From NCBI GenBank assembly GCA_005798825.1, contig SYIL01000018.1, forward strand, positions 43,943 through 107,942: a stretch of DNA of 64,000 nt, written 5' to 3'. Shown here piece by piece: positions 31,241 through 41,274 of the stretch. Numbering within the stretch: the stretch's first letter is position 1; each line of letters begins with the position of its first letter. The notes beneath the pieces were generated by a model that was given only the letters and a program-made list of their open reading frames with translations, was not told the DNA's origin and searched no databases. Position numbers and translations under genes: made by a program. This DNA comes from Bacteroidota bacterium (GTDB taxonomy: Bacteria > Bacteroidota > Bacteroidia > NS11-12g > UBA955).

Positions 31241-31763
31241 AAACTTCTTTTTTCAGCATAATTCTGGCTCTGTGAAGGAGACTTTTGCTATTGTTAAGAC
31301 TTGTACCGAGGGCTTCGGCTATTTCTTTATGGCCCATCTTGTCGATGGCATACATATTGAGAACCAAACGATATTTTTCGGGAAGTTCACGCATGCATTT
31401 CAACACTTCGTTGATTTCCATGGGCTCCAATTCTACCGAATACACATCGCGTATAGATTCATCCAAAATATCATCCACTTCCACGATAATGGGTCCGCGC
31501 GCTAACTTGCGAAACCGACTGAGGGAAAGATTGATGAAAATTCGGCTCATCCAAGCTTCCAAATGCGCAGTTTCCTTGAGGGAACTTATGCTGTCAAAGA
31601 CCTTAATGAATCCATCCTGTAACAAATCCTGAGCATCCGCGCGATTGTTAGAATACCTCAAACAATACCCGAACATTTTGGCTGTATATTTCTCATAGAG
31701 AAGTTTTTGCGCTTGTCGGTCTTTGAGGATACACCGGGCTATGATTTCATTATTGGTTAGCAA
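31206..31763 (-). CDS. RNA polymerase sigma-70 factor, ECF subfamily
   Basis: 185 aa with a TTG start. Region 2 reads …DAQDLLQDGFIKVF…. Region 4 has an HTH (…YAIDKMGHKEIAEALGTSLNNSKSLLHRARIMLKK). Confidence 0.8.
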   Translation of the reverse strand: MLTNNEIIARCILKDRQAQKLLYEKYTAKMFGYCLRYSNNRADAQDLLQDGFIKVFDSISSLKETAHLEAWMSRIFINLSLSRFRKLARGPIIVEVDDILDESIRDVYSVELEPMEINEVLKCMRELPEKYRLVLNMYAIDKMGHKEIAEALGTSLNNSKSLLHRARIMLKKEVFENNRNKETEK

Positions 31764-31982
31764 GTAGCTTCGGTATTAAGACGTAAACTTCATAAATGGT
31801 TGCAAATAACTATGTAAAACATCTATATTGTTCGCAACGACTCTCTTTTTCGCTAAAATGCCCCCTTACATGGGTTAACTTTGTCATTGTATTCAACAAC
31901 AATTTCAAAAAATTGAACGCAGACTTTATATTCCTATTTACAGCCAAAAAGCCAAAATCTCTCCATAAATTTTCTCTTTCTC

Positions 31983-33893
31983 ATGCGTGATAACCCAAAC
32001 GAAAGCAATCCAGAAACTGATCTTGCATTTTCGTTTATTAACGAAACATCACAACATATTTTTTTAACGGGGAAAGCGGGAACAGGTAAAACCACTTTTT
32101 TAAAAGATATACTGATCCATACCACAAAAAAAGTTATTGTCGTTGCGCCTACTGGCGTGGCAGCAATTAACGCCGGAGGGAGCACCATTCACAGCATGTT
32201 TGGCTTACCCACCCGAATTTATGTCCCAACAACTGATACTGTTGACCCGAATTTGGCCAACAATACAGCCATGTTAAGAGAGCATTTCCATTACACAAAA
32301 TCCAAACGATCTCTTTTTCAGGCACTGGAATTACTTATAATCGATGAAATATCAATGGTTCGCGCCGATTTGTTTGATGCCATAGACAACGCTCTAAGAT
32401 TTGCGCGAAACAGCAGTAAACCTTTTGGTGGTGTTCAATTATTGCTGATTGGCGACCTTTTACAATTGCCCCCCGTAGTAACCGAAATTGAACGTCCACT
32501 GATCTTTCAATACTTCGCCACTGAATTCTTTTTTTCTTCGCAATGTTATGCCAAATTGGGGATACTTACCATTGAATTAAAAACCATTTACCGCCAAAGC
32601 GATAGACAATTTATTAACCTGCTGAATCAAATTCGCAGCAACGAAATGGAGAGTTGGGATTACGAAGCCCTGGCGGATAGAATACTACCCGAATTTCAAC
32701 CCAAAGATCCCGGATGGCTTACCCTCACCACCCACAACAAACAAGCCGATGCCATAAACGAAAGAGAGCTGGCTAAATTACCTGTCGCCGAGAAACAATA
32801 CGTAGCCAAAATTGCAGGAGAATTTAACGAGGGTAGTTTTCCCACCGATGGAATTCTTCGGTTAAAAGAAAATGCCCAAATTATGTTTGTAAAAAATGAT
32901 ACCCACTTTGACCGACGGTATTATAACGGGAAAATTGGCCGTGTAATCCGAATCGGAATTGAGAGTATTGGGGTAGATTGCAATGACGGAAATCCCCCAC
33001 TCGACATAGAAAGAGAAACCTGGAAAAACCTTCGGTACCATTATAATCAAGCAGAAGAAAAAGTAGAACAGCAAGAAATTGGCTCCTTTGAACAATTTCC
33101 TGTTCGATTGGCATGGGCCATAACCGTGCATAAAAGCCAAGGACTTACGTTCGAAAAAGCGATGATTGATGCAGGAAAAAGTTTTGCACCTGGTCAAGTG
33201 TATGTGGCCCTCAGCCGCTGTACAAATCTCAATTCCCTGGTATTATTAACTGCCATTCGGGCACAAAATATCATGACAGACGGCCGAATTCTCGCATTTT
33301 TAGAAAACCAAACCAAAAACACTGATTTATTGGAAGTTTTTGAGGAAAAGCGACATGCCTTTCACAAACAACAATTGACAGAAATATACAGCGTAAAACA
33401 ATTAACCCTCGAGTTCAGTGGATTGATGCATGCTATTTCGATGGAGAAAAATGCAAAGATTTCTGTTAAATATGCTGAATTATCTCCACTACGTATTCAT
33501 TTTCAACACTTAGAAGCTACCGCACAATCCTTTCAGCGTTCAATCTCCATAATGTTCAAAGATCATGAAACACAATGGGATTCTCATACAAGGATGCCCA
33601 ATGCCGAAGAGCAGCAGAACGCCCTTGATCGATTGACTCAATTGCTTACAGAAAGGTGTACAAAGGCTGGAAATTATTTCGCCGACTTGATTACCCGCGA
33701 GATTATAGAACCAGTTAGACGATCGTTTAATGAAAAAGCAAAGAATGGCAAAGCCGTCGGCAGCCAAAAAATACGGAATCGAGCTGCCGATTTTCAAACA
33801 CTGTGCTGGGGTTTTATTAAAAAATTGTATTCAGTTCAATACAAAGACGCCCTGTTATTTAAGGATTTGCCTCGAGACAAGATAGGTTTTTGA
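31983..33893 (+). CDS. pif1: Pif1-family (SF1B, RecD-like) DNA helicase with C-terminal extension
   Basis: 636 aa. It has Walker A FLTGKAGTGKTT, Walker B LLIIDEISMV, the Pif1 signature region, and …AITVHKSQGLTFE…VALSRC…. About 200 extra C-terminal residues follow. Confidence 0.75.
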   Translation: MRDNPNESNPETDLAFSFINETSQHIFLTGKAGTGKTTFLKDILIHTTKKVIVVAPTGVAAINAGGSTIHSMFGLPTRIYVPTTDTVDPNLANNTAMLREHFHYTKSKRSLFQALELLIIDEISMVRADLFDAIDNALRFARNSSKPFGGVQLLLIGDLLQLPPVVTEIERPLIFQYFATEFFFSSQCYAKLGILTIELKTIYRQSDRQFINLLNQIRSNEMESWDYEALADRILPEFQPKDPGWLTLTTHNKQADAINERELAKLPVAEKQYVAKIAGEFNEGSFPTDGILRLKENAQIMFVKNDTHFDRRYYNGKIGRVIRIGIESIGVDCNDGNPPLDIERETWKNLRYHYNQAEEKVEQQEIGSFEQFPVRLAWAITVHKSQGLTFEKAMIDAGKSFAPGQVYVALSRCTNLNSLVLLTAIRAQNIMTDGRILAFLENQTKNTDLLEVFEEKRHAFHKQQLTEIYSVKQLTLEFSGLMHAISMEKNAKISVKYAELSPLRIHFQHLEATAQSFQRSISIMFKDHETQWDSHTRMPNAEEQQNALDRLTQLLTERCTKAGNYFADLITREIIEPVRRSFNEKAKNGKAVGSQKIRNRAADFQTLCWGFIKKLYSVQYKDALLFKDLPRDKIGF

Positions 33894-33899
33894 AGTTGT

Positions 33900-34997
33900 T
33901 TACACGTTAAAACGAAAATGCATGCAATCACCATCCTTCACTGTGTATTCTTTTCCTTCAACCCGAAGTTTTCCGACATCTCTGCAGGCTGCCTCAGAGC
34001 CATAATGAATAAAATCATCATACGAAATTACCTCTGCACGAATAAACCCTTTTTCGAAATCACTGTGAATTTCTCCAGCAGCACCTGGTGCCTTTGTTCC
34101 CTCAGTAATAGTCCAAGCGCGTACCTCTTTCACCCCAACGGTAAAGTAGGTGAAGTAATGCAACAATTTATAAGCCGCATGGATAAGTTTTTCTACACCA
34201 CTTTGTTCTAATCCCATTTCTGCAAGAAATAATTGTCGGTCTTCAAAACTATCCAACTCGGCAATCTCAGCTTCTATAGCAGCAGAAATCAGAATGAGTC
34301 CCGCATTTTCGCCGGCAATGGACTTTTTAACCTGCTCAACATAATGATTTCCATTGTTTACGCTGTCGATATCTACATTGCAAACATACAATACTGGTTT
34401 GTCGGTCAATAGATTCAAATCCTTAATTAACAAGCGCTTTTCGGGTTCCATTTCCAAGGTTCGCGCATTTTTGCCCGTGAGTAAATACGCTTGAAACGCT
34501 TCGGCAATTTCTAAAACCTTCGCAGCGTCTTTGTCTCCAGATTTCGCTTGTTTAACCATTTTTGAAATCGATTTTTCAATTGATTCTAAATCTTTTAATT
34601 GTAATTCAGTATCAATAATTTCTTTGTCGCGCACTGGATTAACACTACCATCAACATGGATGATATTGTCATCATCAAAACAGCGCAAAACATGTAAAAT
34701 CGCATGGGTATTTCTGATATTACCCAAAAATTGGTTGCCAAGCCCGTCGCCTTTGCTTGCGCCCTTTACCAAACCCGCAATGTCCACAATTTCAATGGTG
34801 GTGGGAACCAGATTTTGTGGGTTTATCAGTGCCGCCAATGTATTGATGCGCACATCCGGAACCGTAATAGTGCCTATATTGGGTTCTATTGTACAAAAAG
34901 GAAAGTTTGCAGATTGTGCTTTGGCGCTAGAAACTGCGTTAAAAAGGGTAGATTTTCCGACGTTGGGAAGTCCAACGATACCACATTGCATTGCCAT
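33900..34997 (-). CDS. ychF: Redox-regulated ribosome-binding ATPase YchF (Obg family)
   Basis: 365 aa. It has MAMQCGIVGLPNVGKSTLFNA…, …VDIAGLVKGASKGDGLGNQFL…, and a C-terminal TGS domain. Confidence 0.9.
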   Translation of the reverse strand: MAMQCGIVGLPNVGKSTLFNAVSSAKAQSANFPFCTIEPNIGTITVPDVRINTLAALINPQNLVPTTIEIVDIAGLVKGASKGDGLGNQFLGNIRNTHAILHVLRCFDDDNIIHVDGSVNPVRDKEIIDTELQLKDLESIEKSISKMVKQAKSGDKDAAKVLEIAEAFQAYLLTGKNARTLEMEPEKRLLIKDLNLLTDKPVLYVCNVDIDSVNNGNHYVEQVKKSIAGENAGLILISAAIEAEIAELDSFEDRQLFLAEMGLEQSGVEKLIHAAYKLLHYFTYFTVGVKEVRAWTITEGTKAPGAAGEIHSDFEKGFIRAEVISYDDFIHYGSEAACRDVGKLRVEGKEYTVKDGDCMHFRFNV

Positions 34998-35009
34998 TGG
35001 GGTGCAAAT

Positions 35010-36389
35010 TTAGTTTAATAGATCACCAATATCCTGTAAAATTTTTCGGGTAAGATTTTCGGCTGTATTCACACTATCACTCTCAGCATAAATTCGGATT
35101 ACAGGCTCGGTATTGCTTTTGCGCAAATGCACCCAATCCGAATCAAACTCAATACGGACCCCGTCAATGGTGCTGATGGGTTGCTTTTTATACTTTTTTT
35201 GGATTTTTTCTAGTATGAGATCCACATCCGTGCCGGGTTGAAGCTCTGCCTTGTTTTTTGACATTTGATAATTGGGATAGGAAGACCTCAATGCCGAAAT
35301 TCCAATTCCCATTTCAGCCAAATGGGTTAAAAAAAGCGCGATACCAACCAGTGCATCTCTTCCATAGTGAAGTTCTGGCAAAATAATGCCCCCATTCCCT
35401 TCTCCTCCGACAACGGCAGAAATTTCTTTCATTTTTTCAACGACGTTCACCTCGCCTACTGCGCTCGCTTCATACAACTGTCCATAATTCTGGGTAATAT
35501 CCCTCAAAGCTCGGGTACTCGAAAGATTGCTCACGGTGGGTCCTGGTTTGTATTTTAGGACATAATCAGCGACCGCCACCAAGGTATACTCTTCACCAAA
35601 CATTTCTCCGTCATCACAAATAAAAGCCAAGCGATCAACATCAGGATCTACTACGATACCCAAATCAGACTTCGATGATTTAACTGTTGAAGACACCTGC
35701 GCTAAATTCTCAGGAAGTGGTTCTGGGTTATGCGCAAAATTCCCGGTAGGTACACAATTTAATTCTACAATTTCCTTTACTCCCAGAGCCCGCAGCAAAG
35801 CAGGAACCGCAATGCCGCCAACGCTATTTACAGCATCCACCACAACAGAAAAGTTTTGATTTGCAATTAGATTAGGCTTCACCAAATCCAATGCAAGTAT
35901 TTTTTGAATGTGCATATCCAAAAAATCTTTGTAAGACCTAGATCCAATTTTATGAATTAATGCAAAATCAATTACACCCGTTTCGGCCAAAAGCAATACA
36001 TTTTCACCCTGTGTTGCGCTTATAAATTCTCCTTTATAATTTAACAATTTAAGGGCATTCCACTGCTTGGGGTTATGACTTGCTGTAATTATAATTCCAC
36101 CGGCGGCTTTTTCTTCAATCACAGCCATCTCAACCGTTGGGGTTGAACTCAATCCAGCATCTACAACATCTAATCCCAGCGCCAGAAGGGCGTTAATCAC
36201 CAATTCATGCACGATGGGACCACTAATACGGGCATCTCTTCCAACGATAACTTTTTTTCCTTTTTTTTGTTGTAAAACCCAAGTGCCATATGCAGAAGTA
36301 TATTTTACAATATCAATGGGAGTGAAGTTTTCACCCGCTATTCCACCCACAGTTCCACGAATTCCTGAAATTGATTTGATAAGCGTCAT
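35010..36389 (-). CDS. glmM: Phosphoglucosamine mutase / phosphohexomutase (GlmM-like)
   Basis: The track ORF starts at 36461. The conserved N-terminus MTLIKSISGIRGTVGG begins at the ATG at 36389. The active-site loop is TASHNPKQWNALK. Confidence 0.8.
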   Translation of the reverse strand: MTLIKSISGIRGTVGGIAGENFTPIDIVKYTSAYGTWVLQQKKGKKVIVGRDARISGPIVHELVINALLALGLDVVDAGLSSTPTVEMAVIEEKAAGGIIITASHNPKQWNALKLLNYKGEFISATQGENVLLLAETGVIDFALIHKIGSRSYKDFLDMHIQKILALDLVKPNLIANQNFSVVVDAVNSVGGIAVPALLRALGVKEIVELNCVPTGNFAHNPEPLPENLAQVSSTVKSSKSDLGIVVDPDVDRLAFICDDGEMFGEEYTLVAVADYVLKYKPGPTVSNLSSTRALRDITQNYGQLYEASAVGEVNVVEKMKEISAVVGGEGNGGIILPELHYGRDALVGIALFLTHLAEMGIGISALRSSYPNYQMSKNKAELQPGTDVDLILEKIQKKYKKQPISTIDGVRIEFDSDWVHLRKSNTEPVIRIYAESDSVNTAENLTRKILQDIGDLLN

Positions 36390-36527
36390 AAAAGAGGGCG
36401 AATATACCCACAAATTAGCACTTTGGATTCTATGGAATTTGCTTTTTGTTAAATCACCCAAAGAACTTCCACAAAGCGGAATTAAATATCACAACAAAAT
36501 TCGATGGTTTCCGAATAAATTTGCATC

Positions 36528-38216
36528 ATGCAACAAATTATCGAATGTGTACCCAATTTTAGCGAAGGGCGCAACCCACAGATCATTAATGCAATCAAAA
36601 ATGCAATCGAAACAATAGAAGGCATAAGAATTCTTGATATAGACTCGGGCAAGGCCACAAACCGGACAGTTCTAACTTTTGTGGGTTCACCCAATGAAGT
36701 AATAGAGGCTGCTTTTTGCGGCATTCAAAAAGCGGCCGAACTAATTGATATGCGTCAGCACATTGGCGCTCACCCAAGAATGGGATCCACGGATGTATGT
36801 CCGCTCATCCCAATTGCTGGAATCAGCATGGCAGAAACAGCAATCTTTGCAAAGAAACTTGCAAAACGCGTGGCAGATGAGCTTTCTATCCCAGCCTATT
36901 TATATGAGTATGCACAAGACAATCCCGCAAGAAAGAACCTCGCGATCATTCGTAGCGGAGAATACGAAGGATTTTTTGAAAAAATAAAACAGCCAGATTG
37001 GAAACCCGATTTCGGAAAATCAATTATGAACACTCGCGCAGGAGCAACAGTATTTGGTGCAAGAGATTTTCTAATTGCGTTTAATATTAACCTCAATACC
37101 CAAAGTACACGCCTTGCCAACCGGGTTGCCTTTGATGTTCGTGAGGCCGGAAGGGTTAAACGAGAGGGTAATCCTTATACCGGTCCCATTGTCAAAGATA
37201 AAAATGGTGAAGACGTTCGAATCCCCGGAAAACTAAAGTCAGTCAAAGCCATTGGGTGGTATATTGAAGAATACAAGATGGCACAAATATCCATGAACCT
37301 TACAAATACACAGGTAACACCCATGCACATTGCATTTGAAGAAACCCGAAAAGCTGCATACTACAGAGGGCTGAGGGTAACAGGTTCTGAATTGGTGGGA
37401 TTGATACCTTTGGAGCCAATGTTGGACGCAGGCCGGTATTTCTTAAAAAAACAAGGCCTAAGCTGTGGGGTATGCGAAGCAGATTTAATAGATTCGGCAG
37501 TAAGAAGTATGGGATTGGCCGAATTGGGTATATTTGATCCCAACAAAAAAATTATCGAATATTTCATGCGCAACAAAACCCAATCTATTTTGGCTGACAT
37601 GACCCTCAGCGATTTTGTCGACGAAACTGCACGCGACAGTGCTGCGCCTGGTGGTGGAAGTATTGCTGCCTTGTCGGGCGCTTTGGGCGCGGCATTGGGA
37701 ACAATGGTGGCCAACTTGAGCGCAATCAAAAAAGGATGGGAAACACGTTTAGACGAATTCTCACCATGGTCCGAACAAGGTCAAATACACAAAAAAGCAC
37801 TTGTTTCGCTGATAGACGAAGACACAAGGGCCTTTGAACAAATAATGCAGGCTTACGGCCTACCAAAGGACAATGACATCCAAATAAACATCCGTAAACA
37901 GGCCATTCAAGATGCATCAAAATATGCGACCGAAGTTCCATTTCGCACAATGCAAACTGCCTTTTCATGTATCCCCATGCTAAAACAAATGGCCGAACAT
38001 GGCAATCCCAATTCCTTGAGTGATGTGGGAGTTGGTGTTTTATGCATCAAAACTGCGGTTCGCGGCGCATGGTTGAATGTATTAATCAATGCAAAAAGCC
38101 TTGATGACACAGAATGGGCCAACAATATAGTTTCCCAGGCCCGCACTTTGTTGGCCAAAAATCATTCAATGTGTGACGAAATCGTAAACGGAATCGAAAA
38201 AAAATTGTCTGCATAA
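36528..38216 (+). CDS. ftcD: Bifunctional glutamate formimidoyltransferase / formimidoyltetrahydrofolate cyclodeaminase (FTCD)
   Basis: 562 aa. The N-terminus MQQIIECVPNFSEGRN…HPRMGSTDVCPLIP closely matches the formiminotransferase domain. The C-terminal roughly 200 aa (…DSAAPGGGSIAALSGALGAALGTMVANLS…) are the cyclodeaminase domain. Confidence 0.85.
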   Translation: MQQIIECVPNFSEGRNPQIINAIKNAIETIEGIRILDIDSGKATNRTVLTFVGSPNEVIEAAFCGIQKAAELIDMRQHIGAHPRMGSTDVCPLIPIAGISMAETAIFAKKLAKRVADELSIPAYLYEYAQDNPARKNLAIIRSGEYEGFFEKIKQPDWKPDFGKSIMNTRAGATVFGARDFLIAFNINLNTQSTRLANRVAFDVREAGRVKREGNPYTGPIVKDKNGEDVRIPGKLKSVKAIGWYIEEYKMAQISMNLTNTQVTPMHIAFEETRKAAYYRGLRVTGSELVGLIPLEPMLDAGRYFLKKQGLSCGVCEADLIDSAVRSMGLAELGIFDPNKKIIEYFMRNKTQSILADMTLSDFVDETARDSAAPGGGSIAALSGALGAALGTMVANLSAIKKGWETRLDEFSPWSEQGQIHKKALVSLIDEDTRAFEQIMQAYGLPKDNDIQINIRKQAIQDASKYATEVPFRTMQTAFSCIPMLKQMAEHGNPNSLSDVGVGVLCIKTAVRGAWLNVLINAKSLDDTEWANNIVSQARTLLAKNHSMCDEIVNGIEKKLSA

Positions 38217-38337
38217 GTCAAAAAAATATTGTTTGCATCCAATTTTCTGTTTTAATTATCGAATTTTGAAAGCACCGATACACAGAATTACTGCAACACC
38301 CAAAGGTTCATGTAAATCTTAACCCATAGCTGCAATC

Positions 38338-39309
38338 TTGAAAATTTTAACCTGTTTTTTTTGTCTTGCAAATTTTATCTTATGCCTGCCTATTTCAGCT
38401 CAATTTGCGCCAGCAGCTGGAATTTCAGGATCGACTGCGATAAAAGCCGATAGTTCTTGCTTTGTATCTTGGGCAACACAATGCACACTTAAGCGAGGTC
38501 TGAAACAAATAAATCTCGCCGATTCGGGTTATGCCAATGTAGGGATTTCAGAGTTTTCTTTGGGAGAAGCTGCGCAAAACGGTGTTGTGAGCTTGGGAGA
38601 TCGAGGCATTGCAATTCTAGGATTTGACTCGCCCATTTTTGATGGTGAAGGGTTTGATTTTGCAGTCTTTGAAAATGCGTTTTCGGATAGTTTCTTGGAA
38701 TTGGCATTTGTAGAAGTGAGTTCAGATAGTATCCATTGGCAGAGATTTCCCGCAGAATCATTGAACCCAACAAAAAAGCAAACCCCAAGTTTTGGGTTTT
38801 CCCATGCCACCAAAATTCATAATCTTGCGGGTAAATATCGCCACCCATTTGGAACGCCATTTGATTTGGCCGATTTGCCGAAAGTGGATGCAATCAATAC
38901 CAATAACATTCGATTCATTAAAATAATTGACGTTGTGGGATGTGTAGATTCGCTTTGGGGAAGCCGAGATCGCTATGGTCGGATGATCAATGATCCGTGG
39001 CCAACCAATTTTGGAAGTTCTGGATTTGATTTGGATGCCGTTGGGGTGATACACCAATTAGCGACCTTAAGCCAAGAAAAAATAACAGAAAACCCCCGTC
39101 CACCATACTTTAATACTACCAAACAAGTTCTTGTTTCTTCAAATTTAAAGCGCCAAAAACTGTCTGTTTATTCTTCCATGGGATTATTGCTATTTGAGCG
39201 CTTTATACCTTCTGGTATTCAATCAACATCTATAAACCTACCCGTTGGTATATACATTATAAAAATGGGTACATATACAATCCAAATACTACTGACTTCA
39301 AATTTTTAA
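38338..39309 (+). CDS. Secreted hypothetical protein with T9SS type-A C-terminal sorting domain
   Basis: 323 aa with a TTG start and a signal peptide. The acidic core reads FDGEGFDFAVFENAF…LELAFVEVSSD. The C-terminus …KQVLVSSNLKRQKLSVYSSMGLLLFERF…LPVGIYIIKMGTYTIQILL is type-A CTD-like. Confidence 0.6.
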   Translation: MKILTCFFCLANFILCLPISAQFAPAAGISGSTAIKADSSCFVSWATQCTLKRGLKQINLADSGYANVGISEFSLGEAAQNGVVSLGDRGIAILGFDSPIFDGEGFDFAVFENAFSDSFLELAFVEVSSDSIHWQRFPAESLNPTKKQTPSFGFSHATKIHNLAGKYRHPFGTPFDLADLPKVDAINTNNIRFIKIIDVVGCVDSLWGSRDRYGRMINDPWPTNFGSSGFDLDAVGVIHQLATLSQEKITENPRPPYFNTTKQVLVSSNLKRQKLSVYSSMGLLLFERFIPSGIQSTSINLPVGIYIIKMGTYTIQILLTSNF

Positions 39310-39479
39310 TTGCCTGGGGCGCCTGTTGGATATTTCGATGTACCCAGACAAGAATCTTAATTTTACAGAAAATACCCTTCCAAGGGACCGGTATTGGTGG
39401 GTCATTAACACTATATTGGATATTGATAGAAAAGAGATTACAAGGATTGAAAAAAACCTTTGTCTGCAAACACAATTTT

Positions 39480-40592
39480 CTACTTCAAGAGTGCCACCAT
39501 ATCAATGGTTTTTAAAAATGGTCCATGCACATGATTGGTGAGTACCACATAGCACTTATTTTCATCCAAGCAACGCCAAAAATAGGTACGAAACCCCTTC
39601 CACCAACCGTTGTGAAATACCCATTTCTGTCCATCTATCCACTTGACTCTCCATCCCAAGGCATAAAATGCATCTGCACTGACTATGGTTTGGGGGGTTG
39701 TCATTAGATTTTTCTGTACTGTGTGCAACATATAATCGGTGCGCAACATCTGATCCAATGCCAACATCTCAAATACATTTGAATATACCCCTTTATCGCC
39801 GCTAGTTCCATTGAAAATATTGTCATTAAACCTATGTTTATTGTCGTAGCCTTGAACAGGATAATTGTGCAAAGCCAAGCTATCAAAATCGGATATGTGG
39901 GAGTATTTCATTCCCGAAGGATTCATTATCCGAGTTTTTACGAACCTGCGAAAATCGATTCCGGATAGTCTTTCTGTAAGCAAGGAAAGTAAGGCGAAAT
40001 TTGAATTACAATAATCATATTTCCCCGGCTTGGCAAAATGTGTAGGCAATTGAGCATTGAGCAACTGCACTACATCTTGGTTTTCCATATGGTCTTTGGG
40101 TTTCTCCCATGCTTTGAGGTCAAAATAAAAATAATCTGGTAATCCGCTGGTATGACTTAATAAGTGTTTGATGGTAAGGTTGCGTCGATGCAATTCTGGA
40201 ATATACCAATGCACACTATCACTGATTTTTACATACCCATCTTGAACCAGTAACATTACGGCCATGCCCGTAAATATTTTTGAAACACTGGCGAGTTGAA
40301 ATAAATCCGTGGGCTGAATTGAATCTTTTGTTTCGAATGCAGCATACCCCATAGATCCATATATAAGGCTGTCGTTTCGATAAAATAAATACGATCCATT
40401 GAAAATACCAGACTGGTACATGCGCCGAAAAAAACTGTCGATTTTAAAATGACTACTATCTGAAAACCGATGCAATCGGCTCATATTATAAGGATTGTTA
40501 ATCAGCGATCTAGGAGAATCCGGAGGACAGACAAATGAAGCCAACAATACCATCAAGAGAAAACATCCATAGAATGCCCATTTACTTCGCAT
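39480..40592 (-). CDS. Serine hydrolase, beta-lactamase family (class C / PBP-like fold)
   Basis: 370 aa with a signal peptide. It has the S-x-x-K motif FQLASVSKIFTGMAVMLL and a Y-x-N-like YCNSNF. Confidence 0.75.
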   Translation of the reverse strand: MRSKWAFYGCFLLMVLLASFVCPPDSPRSLINNPYNMSRLHRFSDSSHFKIDSFFRRMYQSGIFNGSYLFYRNDSLIYGSMGYAAFETKDSIQPTDLFQLASVSKIFTGMAVMLLVQDGYVKISDSVHWYIPELHRRNLTIKHLLSHTSGLPDYFYFDLKAWEKPKDHMENQDVVQLLNAQLPTHFAKPGKYDYCNSNFALLSLLTERLSGIDFRRFVKTRIMNPSGMKYSHISDFDSLALHNYPVQGYDNKHRFNDNIFNGTSGDKGVYSNVFEMLALDQMLRTDYMLHTVQKNLMTTPQTIVSADAFYALGWRVKWIDGQKWVFHNGWWKGFRTYFWRCLDENKCYVVLTNHVHGPFLKTIDMVALLK

Positions 40593-40674
40593 ATCTACAA
40601 AAATACCCTCAGTCGTTTGTATTTATTCGCGGCAACATTCAAAGTTACACACGGTTTTTTGCGATGTCCTTTTC

Positions 40675-41274
40675 TCAAGGAACATGAATAATCTTATGCG
40701 ATTGGATACCAATTCGCCATCGCGGATTGGATTTAACAAATTCAATTATTTGGGGGAGCATTCGTTCGCGGCGGTCCCATTCGGGTTGGATAATAAGGAC
40801 ACACTCATTATTACAAGTATTGGCCCATTGCTTTGCCCACTCAAAATCGGAGGCGTTGACGGCAATGACTTTCAATTCACTGGCATTTTTCATTTCATCC
40901 AAGACAGGCTGTTTGAATTTTTTGGGTGAGATACAAACCCAGTCATAATTCCCCCTCAATGCATAAGCAGCAGAAGTTTCTACGTGAACCCTATACCCAG
41001 CTGTATGCAAAGCATCCACCAATTCATTGCAATCATACATAGCAGGCTCTCCACCAGTGATTACAACAATTTGAGCCATTGTTTTCTTAACCCAAACACA
41101 AATTTCATCGGCTGTATGAACCGCAACTCCATTGGTAAGCCAACTCGCTTTAACATCACACCATACACAACCTACATCACATCCAGCCAACCGAATAAAA
41201 TAGGCTGGTTTCCCAGTATGCATACCTTCTCCCTGAATTGTATAAAAATGTTCCATCACAGGGTAAAGATTCAT
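40675..41274 (-). CDS. queE: 7-carboxy-7-deazaguanine synthase QueE (radical SAM)
   Basis: 199 aa. It has …FYTIQGEGMHTGKPAYFIRLAGCDVGCVWCD… with a Cx3Cx2C cluster motif. It overlaps folD by 4 nt. Confidence 0.85.
   Translation of the reverse strand: MNLYPVMEHFYTIQGEGMHTGKPAYFIRLAGCDVGCVWCDVKASWLTNGVAVHTADEICVWVKKTMAQIVVITGGEPAMYDCNELVDALHTAGYRVHVETSAAYALRGNYDWVCISPKKFKQPVLDEMKNASELKVIAVNASDFEWAKQWANTCNNECVLIIQPEWDRRERMLPQIIEFVKSNPRWRIGIQSHKIIHVP

Noticed and set aside
34531-35018. ORFs of 160 aa and 104 aa are antisense to ychF and to the glmM 3' end.
   Set aside because: ychF and glmM are strongly conserved in the opposite frames. These ORFs have no domain signal.
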